Below are positions 59,856 to 64,000 of a stretch of 64,000 nucleotides of DNA, in pieces (the first letter of the stretch is position 1; every line of letters starts with the position of its first letter). The notes beneath the pieces are model-generated. The model ran no database searches. It had not been told where the DNA came from and saw nothing but the letters and a program-made list of their open reading frames with translations. A program made the position numbers and the translations under genes. The DNA comes from an uncultured bacterium (lineage in GTDB: Bacteria > Fidelibacterota > Marinisomatia > SCGC-AAA003-L08 > GCA-002704045): NCBI GenBank assembly GCA_964345035.1, contig CAYFPO010000002.1, forward strand, positions 16,483-80,482, written 5' to 3'.

Positions 59856-61946
59856 ATGAAAAAAATACCATTACAGCACGTTAGGAATATTGGGATTATG
59901 GCACACATAGATGCCGGAAAAACAACCACTACGGAGCGAATTCTGTACTATACCGGACGTACACATAGGATGGGTGAAGTTCATGATGGTGCTGCAACCA
60001 TGGATTGGATGGCTCAGGAGAAGGAGCGTGGAATTACAATAACTTCTGCTGCAACCACAGCATTCTGGAGAGGGAACAGGATCAATATCATTGACACTCC
60101 TGGACACGTAGACTTTACTGTTGAAGTTGAACGATCTCTAAGAGTATTAGATGGTGCAATCGCATTGTTCTGTGCTGTTGGCGGTGTTGAACCTCAATCA
60201 GAAACTGTTTGGCGGCAGGCTGATAAATATAATGTACCAAGGATTGCTTTTGTAAATAAAATGGATCGGACTGGCGCTGATTTTTATAATGTTATTGAAA
60301 TGGTAAAAGAAAGACTGGGTGCAAATCCCGTTCCTGTCGTATTACCTATCGGAGCTGGTGAATTATTTACAGGATTGATAGATCTTGTAAAAAATGAGGC
60401 GATAGTGTATACTTCAGATGATGGTTCTCAGTTTGAATATATTGAAATCCCTGATGATATGAAAGAAAATGCTGAAAAATGGCGTCAGCATCTATTTGAA
60501 GAAGTAGCTTCCTATGATGAGCATCTATTAGAAAAGTTTGTAGAAGGTGAAGAATTGCACGGTGATGAAATTAGGGCTGCCATCAGGGAAGCTTGTATTG
60601 ATGGTTCAATGATACCAACCCTGTGCGGCTCTGCTTTTAAGAATAAAGGAGTTCAAAGGCTATTGGATTCAGTTATTGACTACCTCCCCTCTCCTTTGGA
60701 AAAAAGTGAGATTGAAGGGTATTCCATCGACAACCATGATGAAGTAGTTGTTCGAAAGCCAGATGATGATGAGCCGTTTTCAGGATTAGCTTTTAAAATA
60801 ATGACTGATCCTTATGTTGGGCGGTTAACATTTTTCCGTGCATATTCCGGTAAAATTTCAACGGGAGATTTTGTTTACAATCCCAATTCAGATAAAAAAT
60901 CCAGAGTTGGTCGTTTAATGTTGATGCATGCTGACAAGCGAGAGGAAAGGTCAACGGTGACAACGGGTGAGATTGCGGCTGTTGTGGGCTTAAAAGATGT
61001 AAGGACTGGTGATACTTTGTGTTCTGTAGATGAGCCGGTGTTGCTGGAATCGTTGGAGTTTCCGGAGCCTGTTATTGCAATTTCTGTTGAACCATTGTCA
61101 AAAGCTGATCAGGAAAATTTATCAGCTGCACTCGTGAAGCTTTCCGAGGAGGATCCCACATTTACTGTGAGAACAGACGAAGAAACAAGTCAAACTATCA
61201 TATCAGGTATGGGTGAACTACATTTGGAAATTATCGTTGACAGGCTCAAAAGAGAGTTTGGAGTAGGTGTGCATACAGGTGCTCCGCAGGTTGCATATAA
61301 AGAGTGTATAACTCAATCTGTTGAAAATATTGAAGGTAAATTTGTAAGACAATCTGGTGGTCGTGGTCAATATGGACATGTGGTTATTTCTATTGAACCG
61401 AATGAAACCGGAAAAGGGTATGAGTTTGTAAACAAAATTGTGGGTGGAGCAATTCCTAGGGAATATATAAATCCTGTAAGTAATGGTATAGAGGAAGCAA
61501 TGAAAAACGGAGTGCTTGCCGGATACCCGATAGAGGATGTTATAGTTACCTTGATAGATGGAAGCTATCACGATGTTGACTCAAGTGAAATTGCTTTTAA
61601 AATTGCAGGGTCAATGGCATTTTCAGATGCAGTAAGGAAAGCTGCACCTGCGTTGCTTGAGCCTATGATGTCATTGGAAATTGTAATGCCCGAGGAATAT
61701 CTTGGTTCTGTAATGGGTGATGTTACGTCCAGAAGAGGAAATATACAAGGTACATCCCAAAGGAGAGATGCTCACATACTAAACTGTGAAATTCCCCTGT
61801 CAGAAGTATTTGGCTATGCAACTGATTTAAGATCTATTACTCAGGGAAGAGCATTGTTTACTATGCAATTTTCCCATTATGCAAATACTCCAGGGTTTAT
61901 ACAGGAAAGAATTATGGAAAAATTTCAAGGTAAAGTAGTTTCTTAA
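59856..61946 (+). CDS. fusA: Elongation factor G
   Basis: [30 protein letters not shown] and NKMDR motifs. 696 aa. Confidence 0.99.
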   Translation: MKKIPLQHVRNIGIMAHIDAGKTTTTERILYYTGRTHRMGEVHDGAATMDWMAQEKERGITITSAATTAFWRGNRINIIDTPGHVDFTVEVERSLRVLDGAIALFCAVGGVEPQSETVWRQADKYNVPRIAFVNKMDRTGADFYNVIEMVKERLGANPVPVVLPIGAGELFTGLIDLVKNEAIVYTSDDGSQFEYIEIPDDMKENAEKWRQHLFEEVASYDEHLLEKFVEGEELHGDEIRAAIREACIDGSMIPTLCGSAFKNKGVQRLLDSVIDYLPSPLEKSEIEGYSIDNHDEVVVRKPDDDEPFSGLAFKIMTDPYVGRLTFFRAYSGKISTGDFVYNPNSDKKSRVGRLMLMHADKREERSTVTTGEIAAVVGLKDVRTGDTLCSVDEPVLLESLEFPEPVIAISVEPLSKADQENLSAALVKLSEEDPTFTVRTDEETSQTIISGMGELHLEIIVDRLKREFGVGVHTGAPQVAYKECITQSVENIEGKFVRQSGGRGQYGHVVISIEPNETGKGYEFVNKIVGGAIPREYINPVSNGIEEAMKNGVLAGYPIEDVIVTLIDGSYHDVDSSEIAFKIAGSMAFSDAVRKAAPALLEPMMSLEIVMPEEYLGSVMGDVTSRRGNIQGTSQRRDAHILNCEIPLSEVFGYATDLRSITQGRALFTMQFSHYANTPGFIQERIMEKFQGKVVS

Positions 61947-61957
61947 AAGGAGAAAAG

Positions 61958-63153
61958 GAAAATGTCTAAGGCAAAATTTGAGAGAACAAAGCCCCATGTG
62001 AATATCGGTACAATCGGACACGTGGATCATGGTAAGACAACACTGACAGCTGCAATAACAAAGTGTTTGTCCACCAAGGGTTTAAGTGAAATAACAGACT
62101 TTGATCAGATAGATAATGCCCCGGAAGAACGTGAGCGGGGGATTACCATAAATACAGCTCATGTGGAGTATGAGACAGAAAATCGTCACTACGCCCATGT
62201 AGATTGTCCTGGTCACGCAGATTATATCAAGAATATGATCACGGGAGCAGCTCAGATGGATGGAGCTATTCTGGTAGTTGCGGCCACTGATGGTCCAATG
62301 CAGCAGACCCGCGAGCATTTACTGCTTGCCCGTCAGGTGAATGTGCCTGCGATAGTAATATTTATGAATAAAGTGGATCAGGTAGATGATCCGGAGCTGT
62401 TGGACTTGGTAGAGCTGGAGTTGAGAGAGCTGTTGGATCAGTATGAGTTTCCAGGAGATGATACTCCCATTATCCGCGGCAGTGCCTTGGATGCATTAAA
62501 TTCAGATGGATCCGGCGACAATGCAAACTGTGTGTATGAGCTTATGGAAGCTGTGGATAGTTATATACCTGAGCCAGAGAGAGATATAGATAGATCCTTT
62601 TTGATGCCGGTGGAAGATGTATTTTCCATTACCGGTAGAGGAACGGTAGCCACTGGTCGTATTGAGTCCGGGATTGTGAAGGTTGGAGATAATGTTGAGT
62701 TGGTAGGCTTGGACAGTGATAAGAAGACAGTCTGTACAGGGGTAGAGATGTTTCGTAAGCTTCTTGATCAGGGTCAGGCTGGCGATAATGCAGGATTACT
62801 GCTGCGGGGAGTAGAGAAGGCAGAGATCAAGCGTGGTATGGTAATAGCGGCACCCGGTTCCATTACTCCTCATAAGAAATTCAAAGCAGAGGTATATGTA
62901 TTGAAGAAGGAAGAAGGCGGCAGGCATACACCCTTTTTCTCAGGATACAGGCCTCAATTTTATTTCAGGACTACTGATGTAACCGGTCAGGCATTTTTAC
63001 CTGATGGAGTAGAGATGGTGATGCCTGGTGACAATGTAAATCTTGACATTGAACTAATCAGTCCGATAGCGATGGACAAGGAGTTGAGATTTGCTATCCG
63101 TGAGGGTGGTCATACTGTTGGTGCTGGTGTTGTTACAGAAATTACTGAGTAAG
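61958..63153 (+). repeat. Direct repeat copy 2 (tuf duplication, 1196 bp)
   Basis: Offset is exactly 15433 bp from copy 1. The spurious antisense ORFs 46649-46885 and 62082-62318 also have identical translations, which confirms nucleotide identity there. Confidence 0.9.
61962..63152 (+). CDS. tuf: Elongation factor Tu (copy 2)
   Basis: The 396-aa translation is identical to copy 1. It occupies the canonical position after fusA. Confidence 0.99.
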   Translation: MSKAKFERTKPHVNIGTIGHVDHGKTTLTAAITKCLSTKGLSEITDFDQIDNAPEERERGITINTAHVEYETENRHYAHVDCPGHADYIKNMITGAAQMDGAILVVAATDGPMQQTREHLLLARQVNVPAIVIFMNKVDQVDDPELLDLVELELRELLDQYEFPGDDTPIIRGSALDALNSDGSGDNANCVYELMEAVDSYIPEPERDIDRSFLMPVEDVFSITGRGTVATGRIESGIVKVGDNVELVGLDSDKKTVCTGVEMFRKLLDQGQAGDNAGLLLRGVEKAEIKRGMVIAAPGSITPHKKFKAEVYVLKKEEGGRHTPFFSGYRPQFYFRTTDVTGQAFLPDGVEMVMPGDNVNLDIELISPIAMDKELRFAIREGGHTVGAGVVTEITE

Positions 63154-63164
63154 AGGAATATTAA

Positions 63165-63467
63165 TTGAATAAACTACGCATCAGATTAAAAGCCTACGAC
63201 CATGTTTTGTTGGACAAATCTACAGAGAAAATTGTGAAAACAGCTAAAACAACCGGAGCAGTTGTATTGGGTCCTATACCATTGCCCACCAGGCGTAGTA
63301 TATATACAGTAAATAGATCACCTCATGTTGATAAAAAATCCAGAGAACAGTTCCAAATTAAAATTCATAAAAGAATTGTGGACTTAATGAATTCAACTTC
63401 CAAAACTGTAGACGCATTAATGAAACTGGATATGCCTGCTGGCGTTGATATTGAAATAAAAACCTGA
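63165..63467 (+). CDS. rpsJ: 30S ribosomal protein S10
   Basis: [16 protein letters not shown]...[15 protein letters not shown] is the S10 signature. TTG start preceded by AAGAGGAA. Confidence 0.97.
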   Translation: MNKLRIRLKAYDHVLLDKSTEKIVKTAKTTGAVVLGPIPLPTRRSIYTVNRSPHVDKKSREQFQIKIHKRIVDLMNSTSKTVDALMKLDMPAGVDIEIKT

Positions 63468-63485
63468 TAATTTATAATTCAAAAA

Positions 63486-64000
63486 GTGAATCAAGAAGAA
63501 GATAAGAAGAAAATAACTGAAGAACCTGAGAATGAAAAATCTACAGAAACTGTAGAAGAATCTTCAGAGCAAGTTGACATAGAAACCTCGAAAGAAAATA
63601 GTGTTTCTGATAAAAATGAACCTATAGTAGAGTCAGGCTCTGATGTGGGCGTTGAAGAGAATGTCACCGATGCAGATAAAGATGAAAACTCAGAATCTCC
63701 AAAATTAGAAGAATTAAAAGTTGAGCAGGAAGAATCTCCTGGAGAAGAGTTAGATAAAGACCAAGAAGAAGAAAATGCTGATGAATCTCTGGCGGAAGAA
63801 GTAGAAGAGCTGCCTGAGAGTGCGGTGTTTTTGATTGGCAGGAAAATTGGTATGACCCGTGTCTTTGATGGTTTTGGAAATAATCTGCCAGTTACTATTG
63901 TTAATGTAAATCCAAACATTGTAACTCAGATTAAAAAATGTTCATCTGATGGTTATTCTTCTGTGCAGATAGCAAGTGGTGATCCAAGGCAAAATGGAAT
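63486..64000 (+). CDS. rplC: 50S ribosomal protein L3 (3'-partial), possibly with a ~113-aa acidic N-terminal extension
   Basis: The canonical L3 N-terminus LIGRKIGMTRVFDGFGNNLPVTIV begins at about 63831. The frame is open without stops back to 63471, and its first classical start is the GTG at 63486. An alternative conventional start is the GTG at 63825. The ORF runs off the window and is not in the ORF track. Confidence 0.75.
   Translation, partial: MNQEEDKKKITEEPENEKSTETVEESSEQVDIETSKENSVSDKNEPIVESGSDVGVEENVTDADKDENSESPKLEELKVEQEESPGEELDKDQEEENADESLAEEVEELPESAVFLIGRKIGMTRVFDGFGNNLPVTIVNVNPNIVTQIKKCSSDGYSSVQIASGDPRQNG

Noticed and set aside
63491-63919. 142-aa Ser-rich minus-strand ORF
   Set aside because: It is the antisense image of the GAA/GAG-rich plus-strand frame that continues into the unmistakable L3 N-terminus. 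Its low-complexity composition has no independent support.

Overview
This is an AT-rich bacterial chromosome segment in which 61 of the 62 called genes (56 of 57 CDS and all five tRNAs) lie on the + strand. There are two blocks.

(1) Positions 11-42778 hold a very large Wzx/Wzy-dependent surface-polysaccharide locus.
- It starts with a Wzc-type chain-length regulator/tyrosine kinase and ends with a WecA-type initiating transferase and a Wzi-like beta-barrel.
- It contains recognisable modules for a nonulosonic (pseudaminic-like) acid, GDP-colitose (gmd-colD-colC) and UDP-galacturonate.
- It also encodes PAPS synthesis, amidation (AsnB-like), carbamoylation and methylation.
- An ArnC/YdjC/ArnT-like undecaprenyl-phosphate aminosugar modification triad is present.
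- Several ORFs in the locus have no clear function.
- An obviously more AT-rich core of about 28 kb (about 6.8-34.7 kb) sits between GC-richer flanks.

(2) Positions 43650-64000 hold core housekeeping genes: ddl, cysS, tRNA-Thr/Tyr/Gly/Thr, tuf, rpmG, tRNA-Trp, secE, nusG, rplKAJL, rpoBC, rpsL, rpsG, fusA, a second tuf, rpsJ and the start of rplC.

The most unusual observations are these:
- The two tuf copies are nucleotide-identical direct repeats.
- A 113-codon acidic open frame is fused in-frame upstream of L3.
- An acidic-repeat beta-barrel protein is encoded on the - strand.
- Two paralogous nucleotidyltransferase-fold proteins sit inside the glycan locus.
- A PAPS synthase has no visible sulfotransferase.
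- A cytidylyltransferase is fused to a class-III aminotransferase.

No CRISPR array, rRNA, transposase or integrase was seen. The source taxon cannot be determined from the sequence alone.
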